From NCBI GenBank assembly GCA_963667175.2, contig CAXXXF010000014.1, positions 64,001 through 128,000 of the forward strand: a stretch of 64,000 bases of DNA. The letters run 5' to 3'. This document shows, in pieces, positions 10,119-20,690 of this stretch. The notes under the pieces were generated by a model. The model had not been told where the DNA came from and made no database searches. It saw nothing but the letters and a program-made list of their open reading frames with translations. The position numbers and the translations under genes are program-made. Numbering within the stretch: position 1 is the stretch's first letter; each line of letters starts with the position of its first letter. This DNA comes from Candidatus Latescibacterota bacterium (GTDB taxonomy: Bacteria; Latescibacterota; UBA2968; GCA-2709665).

Positions 10119-11519
10119 TCAATCCACGAGGCCGCAGGCTGCCGCCGACAGGATGTCGTAATAGTGCACGTAAGTCAGCCCGTCGATGACGATGCGGTCG
10201 TTTGCGGGCAGTTCCTCTTCCCAGGTCATCGCTTCGCCCCAGTTGTGCGGCGGGACGTCGCTCTTGCCCCAGCGGCTACCGTTGTATCGTCGGAACAGCA
10301 CCGTGCGTCCCGCGCGGGTGATATATGCCACTACCAGGCAGTCTCGCTCAGTGGCGTTTTTCTCGAGGTCAAAGACCCGCAAACAGGTGAACTGACGCCC
10401 GCCGACGTGGACGTCGAACACGCCAGCGCCTGTGAAGGCGGGGGCATCCGGCCCTCTGACCCAGGTGCCATCGGCCCGTTCGGACAAACATCCGCAGTCC
10501 TCGACGATGCGCCTTGAGCCCCACCAGTCGTCGTGGAATCTGTCGTCCAGAAAAGTTTCCAGTTCTCTCACGCCGTCGGCCTCTTCCCTTTCCACGGCGA
10601 TCCACTCCACCTCGTCATCAGCCAAATGCCCCCATATCCTTTTGATGCGGCTCCTTTCCTTGAGTGGCTTCTTCCGGAAACTCATCTTCTCGACCTCCAC
10701 CTCCTCGACATCCACTTCGACACAGGGTCGTCCGTGGATCACCGCCGTCCGGCCCGCGGCCAGCCAGATCGTTTCGGTCAGACGCCAGGGCGCGTCGCTG
10801 TCCTTTCCGCCGTCATAATAACCACAGCCAACGCGATCGCCGATTTCCGGCTTTACGAACCACCATGCCATTTCCGTGAAATCGATCCGTATGGACTTCT
10901 CCGCGCTGGAGTGAATGCTAATCTCCGGGCGATGTCGCGGAAAGTCTTGTTGTCTTGCTTTCATGTCAATCTTCCTCTTCGTTGGGGTGATTCCCAATGC
11001 CCTCCGGATATGGTCGCGTCCGTGCGAAAGCCGGCGTTTGACCGTGCCATCGGGACTGCGGTGGCGGGCGGCGATTTCGGCGATGCTCAGACCGTCCAGA
11101 TAAAATGCCTTCAGGGCGGCGCGCTCGCGTTCAGGTACCTCGTCCATGGCTTCCAGGATAGCCGTGGCGGCCTCCCGCTCCCGTGACTGCGCAAGCCCGC
11201 TGCGGTTGACCAGCGGCGTCAGGATTTCGCTCCTGACGTACAGTTCGCGGCGTTGGGGCGATCTGAAGTAATCGCGGCAGCGGTTACGGGCCACCTGCAG
11301 CAGCCACGGACGCACGTCGCGCGGCGTCATCCGACGCAACCCCATCCAGGCGTGAACCAGGGTCTCCTGCAGCACGTCCTGAATGTGATCGCCGGACCCG
11401 GTCCGGGAGCGGATCAGGCCTGCGAGCACGCGCTCGTAGCGCCGGATCAGGGTAACGAAAGCGGCTTCGCTGCCCTGCTGAACCTGTTTCGCCAATAGTT
11501 GGTCGTATGGATCGGTCAT
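10119..11519 (-). CDS. ECF sigma factor with long C-terminal extension
   Basis: Sigma2 (DVLQET...WLLQVARNRCRD) and sigma4 (GLSIAEIA...GTVKRRL), then ~280 extra residues. Confidence 0.88.
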   Translation of the reverse strand: MTDPYDQLLAKQVQQGSEAAFVTLIRRYERVLAGLIRSRTGSGDHIQDVLQETLVHAWMGLRRMTPRDVRPWLLQVARNRCRDYFRSPQRRELYVRSEILTPLVNRSGLAQSREREAATAILEAMDEVPERERAALKAFYLDGLSIAEIAARHRSPDGTVKRRLSHGRDHIRRALGITPTKRKIDMKARQQDFPRHRPEISIHSSAEKSIRIDFTEMAWWFVKPEIGDRVGCGYYDGGKDSDAPWRLTETIWLAAGRTAVIHGRPCVEVDVEEVEVEKMSFRKKPLKERSRIKRIWGHLADDEVEWIAVEREEADGVRELETFLDDRFHDDWWGSRRIVEDCGCLSERADGTWVRGPDAPAFTGAGVFDVHVGGRQFTCLRVFDLEKNATERDCLVVAYITRAGRTVLFRRYNGSRWGKSDVPPHNWGEAMTWEEELPANDRIVIDGLTYVHYYDILSAAACGLVD

Positions 11520-11704
11520 TTGATCACGTGTCCTTTGCCCTACAAGGCGCGACGTAGCGGGCAAAGGTTCACTCTGGTCTGCTGTCCCGGAAACAGGATG
11601 ACTGATTTCCGCTGATCGGCGAGCCGTTTTTTCACCCTGCTCGACTGCTGGTCGCGCGTTCCGGTACGGACGCAGTTCGGCAGGAGAAAAATAAGAGGAG
11701 CGAA

Positions 11705-12415
11705 ATGAGAACCACGTTCAGGATGCAGAGGACGTCCGTCGCGGCTGCCGTGCTACTCTTCTCGAATTGCTCGGCGGACGTCGACGTTGCCAGAGATGGA
11801 ACTACCATGCCCCGGGACTTCGTGGTGGTCAACGACGAAATACCGTCCCTCGTCTTCGATATCCGGTATAATACGAAAGAGAATTTCCTGGGAACGAAGG
11901 TGCGAGGATACGAAAGCGCGAAATGCCTGCTCACACGGCCGGCTGCCGAAGCCCTCAGGAAAGTTCAGAAGGACGTGACCGCGGAGGGATACACGTTGAA
12001 GATATTCGACTGCTACCGCCCCCAGCAGGCCGTGGACCACTTTGTCGAGTGGGTCAACGATCCGAATGATCGCAGGATGAAAGCGCAGTACTTTCCCCAC
12101 GAAGACAAATCCCGACTCATAGAAAATGGATATATCGCGGACCGTTCGGGCCACAGCAGGGGCAGCACGCTGGATCTGACCCTGGTGGAGCGTAAGGGTT
12201 CAATGGAATTGGACATGGGCACGCCTTTCGATTACTTCGACACACTGTCCAATACCGCGGACCCCCGGATCACCGAAAAGCAGAAACGCAACCGGCAGCG
12301 ATTGCAGACGTTTATGGAAGCGCACGGTTTTGTGAATTACGACAAGGAATGGTGGCATTACACGCTTGAAAATGAACCCTTCCGGGACACGTACTTTGAT
12401 TTTCCGATCGAATAG
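11705..12415 (+). CDS. ddpX: D-alanyl-D-alanine dipeptidase (VanX/DdpX, M15D)
   Basis: DCYRPQ, SGHSRGSTLDLTL, EWWHY; lipoprotein-like N-terminus. Confidence 0.93.
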   Translation: MRTTFRMQRTSVAAAVLLFSNCSADVDVARDGTTMPRDFVVVNDEIPSLVFDIRYNTKENFLGTKVRGYESAKCLLTRPAAEALRKVQKDVTAEGYTLKIFDCYRPQQAVDHFVEWVNDPNDRRMKAQYFPHEDKSRLIENGYIADRSGHSRGSTLDLTLVERKGSMELDMGTPFDYFDTLSNTADPRITEKQKRNRQRLQTFMEAHGFVNYDKEWWHYTLENEPFRDTYFDFPIE

Positions 12416-12432
12416 CCGAAGGGAGAACTTCG

Positions 12433-12936
12433 ATGGAACACGTTGACGGAGCCGCTGCGACAGGTCAACCGGACGCGCCGAACCGGCGATCGTGGGACTA
12501 CTGGAAACTGCCGGTGTGGTTCGGCCTGGGATTCTGCATTCTCCAGATACTGATCGCGGTCATTCGCTTCGGTACGATGCCCGCCGCCAACCCGTATGGG
12601 CTGCTCTATGCGATCCCGAGCATCGTGTCCGGCTTGGTCCTCTTCTTCGTGGCCGGCCTGCTGATCGGACTGCTGGCACAGCGCCTGTTGAGGGGCATTG
12701 TCGGACGAGGGCGCGTGTGGCTGCTGGTCGGATTGGCGGTAGCGACACCGCTCGCGGTTCTGTTCAGCCTCGTTGGCGGACTGCTCGGCCCGCATATGGT
12801 GGTCGTCTACGCACTCGTTCCGTTTCTGGTCCTTGTGGGCATCCCGATGCTGATCCATGCGATCTGGCGCCGTTTTCGAAACTCCGGAACGACCGAATCG
12901 AATCAAACGCCTGGACCGGAAGAAGATGGCGCCTGA
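12433..12936 (+). CDS. Hypothetical membrane protein (about 4 TM helices)
   Basis: Hydrophobic segments; SD GGAG. Confidence 0.7.
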   Translation: MEHVDGAAATGQPDAPNRRSWDYWKLPVWFGLGFCILQILIAVIRFGTMPAANPYGLLYAIPSIVSGLVLFFVAGLLIGLLAQRLLRGIVGRGRVWLLVGLAVATPLAVLFSLVGGLLGPHMVVVYALVPFLVLVGIPMLIHAIWRRFRNSGTTESNQTPGPEEDGA

Positions 12937-13116
12937 CCTCCGTCAGGATAGAAAACAGGCATAGGGTCCGTTCGAAAGCGCGCTGACCGGCTCGCGCTGT
13001 GTACGGCGCTTTCGAAACACAAAACGCGCCGCCAGCCGGTTTTTCGGGAGCAGCGCGCCGTTTCTTTCAAGGTTAATCGGCAATTTGACGGAAATCGCCG
13101 GCCGGACGCCGGCCGA

Positions 13117-13572
13117 TCATTGTCCGGAATCGTCGTAGAAGCGCTTGAGGTTCACGTCGTGCTCCAGGCGCGCTTTCAGGCTCGCGAAGAAATGGGTCCA
13201 GCCCGAGCACTGATCGAAGGCGCTGTCGATGCCCGCCTGATCGGGTCGCCAACCGGACTCGCTCACCAAAATCCTCGTCCCGCCGTTCAGCGTTTCGAAG
13301 TCGAATACGAACCGCGTCCGGTAACCGACGTCGTTGGATGCCGGCCAGCTACAGACGATCTTCCGCGCCGGAATCACTTCCTCCACAACGACGTCCACCT
13401 CGACGTCGCCGAATCGCCAGAAGACCGTCTTCCCGGCTTCCAGCCCGGCGCTTGCGTCGTCGGTGAAGAATGTACTGATCGATGCCCGGTCGGTGATGGC
13501 CGTGAAGACCTCGTCAACGGGACGGTCGATGATACAGTGAAACGAAAACGACAGCTCTTGACGATTGTCCAT
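13117..13572 (-). CDS. SRPBCC/AHSA1-domain protein
   Basis: PVDEVFTAITD ... GWTHFFASLKARLE. Confidence 0.87.
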   Translation of the reverse strand: MDNRQELSFSFHCIIDRPVDEVFTAITDRASISTFFTDDASAGLEAGKTVFWRFGDVEVDVVVEEVIPARKIVCSWPASNDVGYRTRFVFDFETLNGGTRILVSESGWRPDQAGIDSAFDQCSGWTHFFASLKARLEHDVNLKRFYDDSGQ

Positions 13573-13657
13573 GCGCGGGCGATCCATACGAATTGTACTG
13601 TCGATTTACCTTCGTGACAGGGGGAACCGTGACCGATACGTTTGGGGACCGCGCGGT

Positions 13658-14053
13658 CTACTGCGTATCTCGTGGCTTCTCCGCCATCAGAGCCATGAGA
13701 TTCATCTCGGAGTCCCGAAAAAAGGCCATCCACAGCTCATGGTCTGGCATATCGGCAATCTTGTGGGGTCCGCTGTCGAACGAAATGCCTCGCGACCGAA
13801 ACGCGTCATGCGTGCCTTCAAGGTCGTCCACCTTGTAATAAATCACAGATGCGTTTACATCCGACGATTCATCCTCTGAAAGACCCAGCAACAGGCGAAC
13901 ACCCGTACAGTTGAAGAACGCCATCCCGGGAACGCGGAAGAGGAATTGCATTCCCAACTGATCGCGATAGAACTCGACCGCACGGTCGAGGTCCTGAACG
14001 GTCACCGATATCTGACCGATGACCGAAAGGGCTGAGCCGTTGTCCTGAGGCAT
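13658..14053 (-). CDS. VOC (glyoxalase/bleomycin-resistance) family protein
   Basis: VQDLDRAVEFYRDQLG, AFFRDSEMN; SD AGGAGG. Confidence 0.9.
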   Translation of the reverse strand: MPQDNGSALSVIGQISVTVQDLDRAVEFYRDQLGMQFLFRVPGMAFFNCTGVRLLLGLSEDESSDVNASVIYYKVDDLEGTHDAFRSRGISFDSGPHKIADMPDHELWMAFFRDSEMNLMALMAEKPRDTQ

Positions 14054-14252
14054 GGGGAAACCTCCTTTTTATAAGCCATTAGGCAATAAGCCTTCAGCAG
14101 TCAGCTAAAGGCGGTGAGAGGCTAGAGGTGAGACGGTAGAGGATGTGATTGCCCCGTCCGGTTTCATTTTGTGCCGGAGGCATAAAGGTAGAACCAACCA
14201 GGCAATGATGTCTTCTACCGTCTGCCGGCTCACGTCTCCCCGCTGCTTGGCG

Positions 14253-14522
14253 ACCTCTCCCCCCGGCCTGCCTGCGCCTGCCTTGTCGGCAGACAGGCCG
14301 AGTTCTGCTCGGCAGGCAGGCCCCCTCTCCCGGGGAGCGAGGGGGAGCAAAAGCAGGCGGCGACGTATGCCGAAACCGAAAATGAAATCACACGGAGACA
14401 CAAAGGCACAACGAAATACAAACGGTAATATCCGAAACAGCGGTCAGGCGGGCAACCACAAGGGTTGCCCCTACACAACCCGGCGAGGGCAGGACCTGCC
14501 TGCCGGCAGGCAGGTGCCCTCG
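14253..14522. repeat. Composite nested palindromic intergenic repeat
   Basis: acctctccccccggc..cccctctcccggggagcgaggggg element carrying a cctgcctgc..gcaggcagg insert; GTAG REP at 14450-14474; 39-bp palindromic unit at 14484-14522. Confidence 0.85.
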
Positions 14523-14550
14523 ATCCCGGGAACGTCTCACCCATATCCGA

Positions 14551-15297
14551 TCACAACCTCATCCGCAACGGGTTTCTCGCTGCCATTATCCTGATGAATG
14601 CCAGCGAGTCTGGGTTCGTTCTTTCGGTTTTCTCGGACTCAAGTTTGTCCCAGGCCGCGTCGTCTTCGACGAATTCGCGAAACCGACCGCCGGCGTTCCG
14701 GGTGATCGGGGATCCATGTCCGAAGCACATCTTATCGAATGAACATCCCGCCAACTTGCGAAGGGATTTTCGCGCCAGTGAGAGATCGGCGGCATATTCC
14801 GGGGCGTTGATCCAGATTTCACCGTCCGGAACGCCTCGGTCCCTTCTTCCGCCGCAGACGGCATCCCCCACGATCATCGTGTTCCCGTCTCCCCGCGCCA
14901 GAAACGCGACCTCATCGGGGAAGTAGACTTCCGGAACGTGGATGACTTCAATCCGGTCCCACAGGAGATCTCCGTGCTGAAACGTCTCGTCAATCGTCGC
15001 TTCGGGACATTTCGCTCCGTCGACATGAACAAGGATGTCGCAGCCCCAGCGATCCCTGAAGGCTTCCGATTCGCGCAGGTGGTACTCGCAGGTCAGAAGT
15101 ATATGCGTGGGCCTGCCCATGGCTTCGATCTCGCTCTCTTCTTCGGCGGAAAGTGGAAGCGGGTCGACGAGGACCAGGGCGTCACCGGGATTCGTCCGGA
15201 TGACAAAGCTGTTCCACGGATAGGGCTCGTTTCTGGCCGCGCCATGTATCTCGGACCAGCAGAAAACAGTTGATGAAACCTGCGTCAGCATGATCAT
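14551..15297 (-). CDS. MBL-fold metallo-hydrolase-like protein
   Basis: LVDP, HILLTCEYHLR, IVGDA, FGHG. Confidence 0.8.
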   Translation of the reverse strand: MIMLTQVSSTVFCWSEIHGAARNEPYPWNSFVIRTNPGDALVLVDPLPLSAEEESEIEAMGRPTHILLTCEYHLRESEAFRDRWGCDILVHVDGAKCPEATIDETFQHGDLLWDRIEVIHVPEVYFPDEVAFLARGDGNTMIVGDAVCGGRRDRGVPDGEIWINAPEYAADLSLARKSLRKLAGCSFDKMCFGHGSPITRNAGGRFREFVEDDAAWDKLESEKTERTNPDSLAFIRIMAARNPLRMRL

Positions 15298-15631
15298 CGG
15301 CTCCACAGAAGCGGTGAGACGGGAGACGGGAGAGGATAACCCCGCGTCGACACGATATCGATATGGCACGACGGTATCAATTCATCAATTGGCGAGGGCC
15401 TGTGTCTTTTAGGGGCGGTTCGCGAATCGCCCGATATGTGGTTCCGCGCCGAGCGGCGCCAGCGATCGCGTGTCAGTGGAAAGCCGGCGGCTACCTTGTT
15501 GTATCCGAAACAAAATGCAATGCTATCGCGTCGTACTTCTGCGTGTGCGCCGGACCTGAATACCTCAGGAACGCCCTTCGACGTCGTAAACACATCCGGG
15601 TCATTTCAATTTCATTATACGGAGGTCTCCC

Positions 15632-16495
15632 ATGACGGAAGATAGAAACGCCCCTCAGATGAATGGCTGGCTGATGCTGTTCGTAACGCTTGTGCTTCTC
15701 GCCGTGTCCGTGGTGGTGTTTATACATGGTGTGACGGGCGGCGGGGCCGTTCCCATCGTCTCGTCCATCCTGCTTCTCGTCATCGACATTATCCTCATGA
15801 CCGGGTTATTCGCGGTGGAGCCGAATCAGTGCGTTGTCCTGCTGCTCTTCGGCGAGTATAAGGGCACCGAGCCGACGCAGGGATTCCGATGGACCAACCC
15901 GTTCAAGAGCCGGACGAAAGTCTCCCTGCGCGTCAGGAATTTCGACAGCGAACGTCTGAAGGTCAACGACAGCCGGGGCAATCCCATCGAGATCTCCGCC
16001 GTCATCGTGTGGCGAGTGCGCGTCGCCGCTCAGGCCCTGTTCGACGTGGACAACTACGAACAATACGTCAAGGTCCAGTCGGAGTCGGCAATCAGGCATC
16101 TCGCAACGAGCTATCCGTACGATCAGGCGGAGGGCGAAGAGATCAGCCTCAGGTCCTCGATCACCGAGGTCTCCGAATTCCTGGGGAAAGAGATTCAGGA
16201 CCGGGCCCAGGAAGCCGGCGTCGAGATCGAGGAGGCGCGGATCAACCACCTGGCCTACGCGCCGGAAATCGCCAACGCCATGCTCCAGCGCCAGCAGGCC
16301 GAGGCGGTCATTTCGGCACGCGCGAAGATCGTGGACGGCGCCGTCGGGATGGTGGAAATGGCTTTGAGGCGACTGACGGACGACGACGTGATCAAGCTGA
16401 ACGAGGAACAACGTGCGAATATGGTGAGTAACCTGCTGGTCGTCCTCTGCTCTCATGAATCGACGCAGCCCGTGGTCAGCGCCGGACCGCAATAG
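15632..16495 (+). CDS. SPFH/band-7 domain protein
   Basis: Two TM helices; [30 protein letters not shown]. Confidence 0.93.
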   Translation: MTEDRNAPQMNGWLMLFVTLVLLAVSVVVFIHGVTGGGAVPIVSSILLLVIDIILMTGLFAVEPNQCVVLLLFGEYKGTEPTQGFRWTNPFKSRTKVSLRVRNFDSERLKVNDSRGNPIEISAVIVWRVRVAAQALFDVDNYEQYVKVQSESAIRHLATSYPYDQAEGEEISLRSSITEVSEFLGKEIQDRAQEAGVEIEEARINHLAYAPEIANAMLQRQQAEAVISARAKIVDGAVGMVEMALRRLTDDDVIKLNEEQRANMVSNLLVVLCSHESTQPVVSAGPQ

Positions 16496-16618
16496 TGGCG
16501 GACGGTTATCCGGAAGTTATGGGTTTTGACTTTGATCCTGGTTAATTTATATTCTACCTGACAGTGAACGTGGCACTCTTAAGACACGAAGACGTGCGAA
16601 TTATCGTCCGCGGGGAGA

Positions 16619-16849
16619 ATGACTATGGTAACAACGAATTTGAGAGTCGAGCTTCCGTCCGGACTGTCTCTAGAGGAAGCGAAGATACTCCTTGCCATCA
16701 AACTCTATGAGACGGGTAAAGTGTCACTTGGACAGGCGGCTAGAACCACCGCTCAGACCAAGCGCGACTTCATCGGGCTACTTGGCCAACAACAGGCACC
16801 TATCTTTAATTATTCTCCTGAGGAGTTGCGGGAGGAGACCAGCGAGTGA
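16619..16849 (+). CDS. UPF0175-family antitoxin (orphan)
   Basis: LAIKLYETGKVSLGQAAR...FNYSPEEL. Confidence 0.85.
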   Translation: MTMVTTNLRVELPSGLSLEEAKILLAIKLYETGKVSLGQAARTTAQTKRDFIGLLGQQQAPIFNYSPEELREETSE

Positions 16850-16864
16850 GCGAGCGCATTCTCG

Positions 16865-17608
16865 TCAGGATTCGCCCGGCACGAACGCCATCAGGATCGT
16901 GTCCGCGAAGAGCCGCCACACGACGGCGACGTCGTCCAACCCCGCCTCCGTCATCGCGTGGATGAGGTCCTCCGCGCGATGTTCGTATTCATTGTCTTTC
17001 CCCGCCGCCTTCATCATTCGTTTGTATTCCCGCCTGGCGTCGATTTCCTCCCGCGTCACCAATCCTGCGTCGATCGCGCGCTGGACGTGACGTTCGCGGT
17101 ATCGGGTCGATTGCTGCCGCACCGCCGCCGTCCAACCGGGGCCGACCGACATTGTGTCGAACAGGATGAAGCAACCGCCCGGCCGAAGCGCGCCCGCGAT
17201 CCGTGCAAACAGCGCGGGCAGATTGTCGGGATGTAAATGGTGGAAGGTCTTCGCCGAAAACACCACGTCGCACGACCGGAGCGCGCAACGGGTGATGTCC
17301 GCTTCCCGTACTTCGATCCTGGCCGCGTACGGCGTCAGTTTGCGCTGCGCGATCCGCAGCATCTCCGGTTCACTGTCGATACAGATCCCCTCGGCCCGTT
17401 GAAAGCGATCCAGCACCCTCGCCGTCGGCTCGGCCGTGCCGCACCCGAGATCCACGAACTCGAACGGTTCGTCCGAGCCGAAGGGAATCAGATCGACGAT
17501 CATCTCGATACCGGTTGCGTAAGGAGGGCTCAGGACCGGCTGGATCCGATCGTACGAATCCGCGATTTCCGCGAAATAGTTGAAACCTTTGAGCGATCCG
17601 TCGCTCAT
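16865..17608 (-). CDS. Class I SAM-dependent methyltransferase
   Basis: VDLGCGT, DSEPEML, LRPGGCF. Confidence 0.88.
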   Translation of the reverse strand: MSDGSLKGFNYFAEIADSYDRIQPVLSPPYATGIEMIVDLIPFGSDEPFEFVDLGCGTAEPTARVLDRFQRAEGICIDSEPEMLRIAQRKLTPYAARIEVREADITRCALRSCDVVFSAKTFHHLHPDNLPALFARIAGALRPGGCFILFDTMSVGPGWTAAVRQQSTRYRERHVQRAIDAGLVTREEIDARREYKRMMKAAGKDNEYEHRAEDLIHAMTEAGLDDVAVVWRLFADTILMAFVPGES

Positions 17609-17719
17609 GTTGGATCTCCGGCTGGATTCATCGCTGTAACCCGTCAAGATGAGCGCTCTTTCGGCGTTCGGACTCCATCCTGTCTATCGAACTAAGTTCC
17701 TGTTTTTAAATTGGAAAGG

Positions 17720-18169
17720 TTACCCCTCTACAACCGGAATCCCCCTGGCTCCGGCGACGGGGACGAGTTTCAATTCAAACTCGCTTCTTATCGTCTGATT
17801 CGCGGCATGACTCATTCCGCCGAAGTTCACGGTCGTGCCTTTTCCTCCGCTTACCCGGATCTCCATTCCCGTCGCCGCCAGACGAATCTCGGAAATTGAA
17901 TCCCAGGCTATCCTGCGGCCTCTGAAGAGGCCCCTGCTGATTTTCAGATGTCCCTCATGAATCTCGACGGCGTGCCTGTTGATCCGGTCGTAGAATAGAC
18001 CCCACGACAGCCACGACGGACCGAGGACCAGATTCAGGATGCCGAAAAAGCCGTGTCCGGTGCTGAGAAAAAGAGCGCCGCCAATGACGTGAACGATGCC
18101 GAGTATAACCAGAAGAACTCTTAATTGAGGGGGTATCGGGACGGTGAGATCAATTGTCCTGTCTTTCAT
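17720..18169 (-). CDS. Hypothetical membrane protein (PH-like C-terminus)
   Basis: Two TM helices then IAWDSISEI. Confidence 0.65.
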   Translation of the reverse strand: MKDRTIDLTVPIPPQLRVLLVILGIVHVIGGALFLSTGHGFFGILNLVLGPSWLSWGLFYDRINRHAVEIHEGHLKISRGLFRGRRIAWDSISEIRLAATGMEIRVSGGKGTTVNFGGMSHAANQTIRSEFELKLVPVAGARGIPVVEG

Positions 18170-18213
18170 GTCTATCGTCGTCCTCTCTCAAACCTGCCGT
18201 GACTTCGGGATGC

Positions 18214-18651
18214 TCAGTCCCAGCCGAAGCTGTCGTAGAACCTGCCGTTCAGGTAATTCTCGATCGCACGCCTGACGTACGGCACCATATTTTCGGGGAG
18301 ATCGCGGACCGAATGCCAGGAAAGGTCGTCACAAAGCTCGGGCTCGGCGTTGACAACGTTGCCGCGCCACCTGGAGGCGACAAGAAAGAACGACACCCGT
18401 TCGCCGTCGCTCTTGCGGTGCATGACGCCCACGACCTCGACGTCCGATAACCGGATATGGATTCCCGCCTCCTCCCGCGCTTCCCGGATTGCCGCCGCCC
18501 GGACCTCCTCGTTCCCGTCGATATGCCCTGCGACCACGCTGTACTTCCCGTCCTCGTATCCCGTATTGAAGCGCCTTAACAACAACACTTCACCGCGTCC
18601 GTTTATCAGAAAGACATGCGCTTCAGGAATCAGTTTGAATTTTTCGGCCAT
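18214..18651 (-). CDS. NUDIX hydrolase
   Basis: Nudix box GHIDGNEEVRAAAIREAREEAGI. Confidence 0.92.
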   Translation of the reverse strand: MAEKFKLIPEAHVFLINGRGEVLLLRRFNTGYEDGKYSVVAGHIDGNEEVRAAAIREAREEAGIHIRLSDVEVVGVMHRKSDGERVSFFLVASRWRGNVVNAEPELCDDLSWHSVRDLPENMVPYVRRAIENYLNGRFYDSFGWD

Positions 18652-18667
18652 GGATTGCCCCCGGGCC

Positions 18668-18850
18668 ACCTCTCCCCCCGGCCGTCGAGAGGCAGCGATC
18701 AGCGGTCAGCATTCAGCCGTCAGCTTGAGTCAAAACCAACCCATTGACCTCAGTGCCATGAAATCACAGGACCAAAAGGTGGTGTTTCGAGGGCAGGACC
18801 TGCCTGCCGGCAGGCAGGTGCCCTCGCTCCCGTGGCCCCTCTCCCGGGGT
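18668..18850. repeat. Composite intergenic repeat
   Basis: Same acctctccccccggcc..cccctctcccgggg frame as 14253; 39-mer at 18788-18826 identical to 14484-14522; cagcggt/cagcatt heptamer run. Confidence 0.85.
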
Positions 18851-18857
18851 GAAACCC

Positions 18858-20690
18858 TCACCTGTAGTGTTCCGCCTGCGTGTTGAACATGTCGGCGTAC
18901 AATCCACCCGTACCCATCAATTCTTCGTGGGAACCCTCTTCAACCAGTTGACCGTCCCGCAGTATAAGTATGTGCCGCGCCATTCGGACTGTCGAAAAAC
19001 GATGGGAGATAAAGATCGTCATCTTTCCGGTTGTCAGTTCCGCGAACTGCCGGTGCAACTCGTACTCGGCATAGGCATCCAGGGCTGCGGTCGGCTCGTC
19101 CAGAATCAATATCTGAGCCCGGCGCATGAACGCCCGGCTCAGCGCCACTTTCTGCCACTCCCCGCCGGACAGGTCCACCCCTTCGTCGAGCGTTCTTCCC
19201 AGAATCGTATCGAATCCACGGGGTAGTTTCGTCACAACCTCGGTGGCGCCGCCCTTTCGCGCCGCGTCAGCGATCTCGTCCTCAACTTGGAGTCGATCCA
19301 CCTGGCCAAAGCCGATGTTCTCCCGTGCTGAAAGGTCGTAGCGGACGAAGTCCTGGAAAATGACGCCAATATGCCGGTGAAGATCTTTCGGGTCGTAATC
19401 GCGAAGATCCTTTCCGTCCAGCAAGATGACGCCTTCAGTCGGATCATAGAACCGGGCAAGAAGCTTCACAAGCGTCGTCTTTCCCGCGCCATTTTCACCC
19501 ACGATCGCGGCGGACTCACCAGCCGTGATTGTAAATGAGAGATCCTTCAGAACAAAACGATCGGTACCCGGATATCGGAACGATACGTTGTGAAATTCGA
19601 TTCCCCTATCGATTCTCTTCGGCACCGGTGCGGGCGAGTCCGGTATCGGTGCGAGGGCCCCGTCAACCGACGACCGTTCGAGATCCAGAAACTTGAAGAG
19701 AATGCCGGCGAATATCGAATGTTCGTAGAAATAACCCAGATCCGTGAACAGAGATACCAGGCCCGACCTGCTCCGTTCAGCCGCCTGGAAGGCAAGTGCC
19801 ACGTCACCCACCGTGATCTGTCTGCCAGCCGCCCTCACTACGGCATATCCCCAAATCGCCGCCGTTCCCGCCATCGAGAGCGCTCCGAACAGAAACCCGA
19901 GCTTCTCCTGGCGGAACTTCAGCCGGGTCGATTGCTTGACGTAGGTGTTCCAGTAACCGGTGAAGCGTTTCAACAGTTCCTGGTGCAGGCCGAAGATCCG
20001 GATCTCCTTCACCGCTTCACGGGATCCCAATAGCCGCGAGAGGTAATCACTGATTCTCCTGTTCCTGGTGACCGCGCCTTCCAGCGCAAACCTCCTGCCG
20101 GCAAAATAGCCCGCCACAACCACCTGTGGCAGGGTGGTCGCGACAAGAATCAGAACCGCGGCCCAATGCAAATGCAACAACAGGGCCAGCATCGCGATCG
20201 TAGAAACGGATGACGATACGATGCTCACGGACAAGACAGCCAGATTGTTCGCACGGTAGCCTTCACCCCTCGCTTTCTCCATTTCGTCGAAGAACTCGGA
20301 GTTTTCGAAGAAGGCCATATCCATTTCGGATGCCTTTCGGAAAATCAGTGCCTGCGAGTAGTTCCTGACCTGCTGGCCCAATTGCTCAGACAACATTCGC
20401 GAAGCGGACTGGCAGACTCCCCCAGCCATCCAGACCGCGAGAATGGCGCCGATCGGCGACAATAATTCGAGCCAGTCGATGGCATGGGTACCCGAATTGT
20501 CGCCCAGGGAATCCACGACGGTGTCGATAGCCACCTTCGAAATCCAAACCTGCGCAACCGGAACTACCGAGTTGAGAATGCTCAAGCCGAACGCGCAGAT
20601 TGCAACCCACCGTCCTGCCTGCCAGACGAGCTTCAGACACCTGGGGTAAACCTTCACGATCTGGCGGACGGCATTCAGGAAATCGGGCAT
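18858..20690 (-). CDS. ABC exporter, fused permease/ATPase
   Basis: GENGAGKTT, LSGGEWQ, LILDEPT, ISHRFST. Confidence 0.93.
   Translation of the reverse strand: MPDFLNAVRQIVKVYPRCLKLVWQAGRWVAICAFGLSILNSVVPVAQVWISKVAIDTVVDSLGDNSGTHAIDWLELLSPIGAILAVWMAGGVCQSASRMLSEQLGQQVRNYSQALIFRKASEMDMAFFENSEFFDEMEKARGEGYRANNLAVLSVSIVSSSVSTIAMLALLLHLHWAAVLILVATTLPQVVVAGYFAGRRFALEGAVTRNRRISDYLSRLLGSREAVKEIRIFGLHQELLKRFTGYWNTYVKQSTRLKFRQEKLGFLFGALSMAGTAAIWGYAVVRAAGRQITVGDVALAFQAAERSRSGLVSLFTDLGYFYEHSIFAGILFKFLDLERSSVDGALAPIPDSPAPVPKRIDRGIEFHNVSFRYPGTDRFVLKDLSFTITAGESAAIVGENGAGKTTLVKLLARFYDPTEGVILLDGKDLRDYDPKDLHRHIGVIFQDFVRYDLSARENIGFGQVDRLQVEDEIADAARKGGATEVVTKLPRGFDTILGRTLDEGVDLSGGEWQKVALSRAFMRRAQILILDEPTAALDAYAEYELHRQFAELTTGKMTIFISHRFSTVRMARHILILRDGQLVEEGSHEELMGTGGLYADMFNTQAEHYR

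Noticed and set aside
11705-12415. Vancomycin-resistance cluster
   Set aside because: Stand-alone VanX-family dipeptidase without vanA/H/R/S
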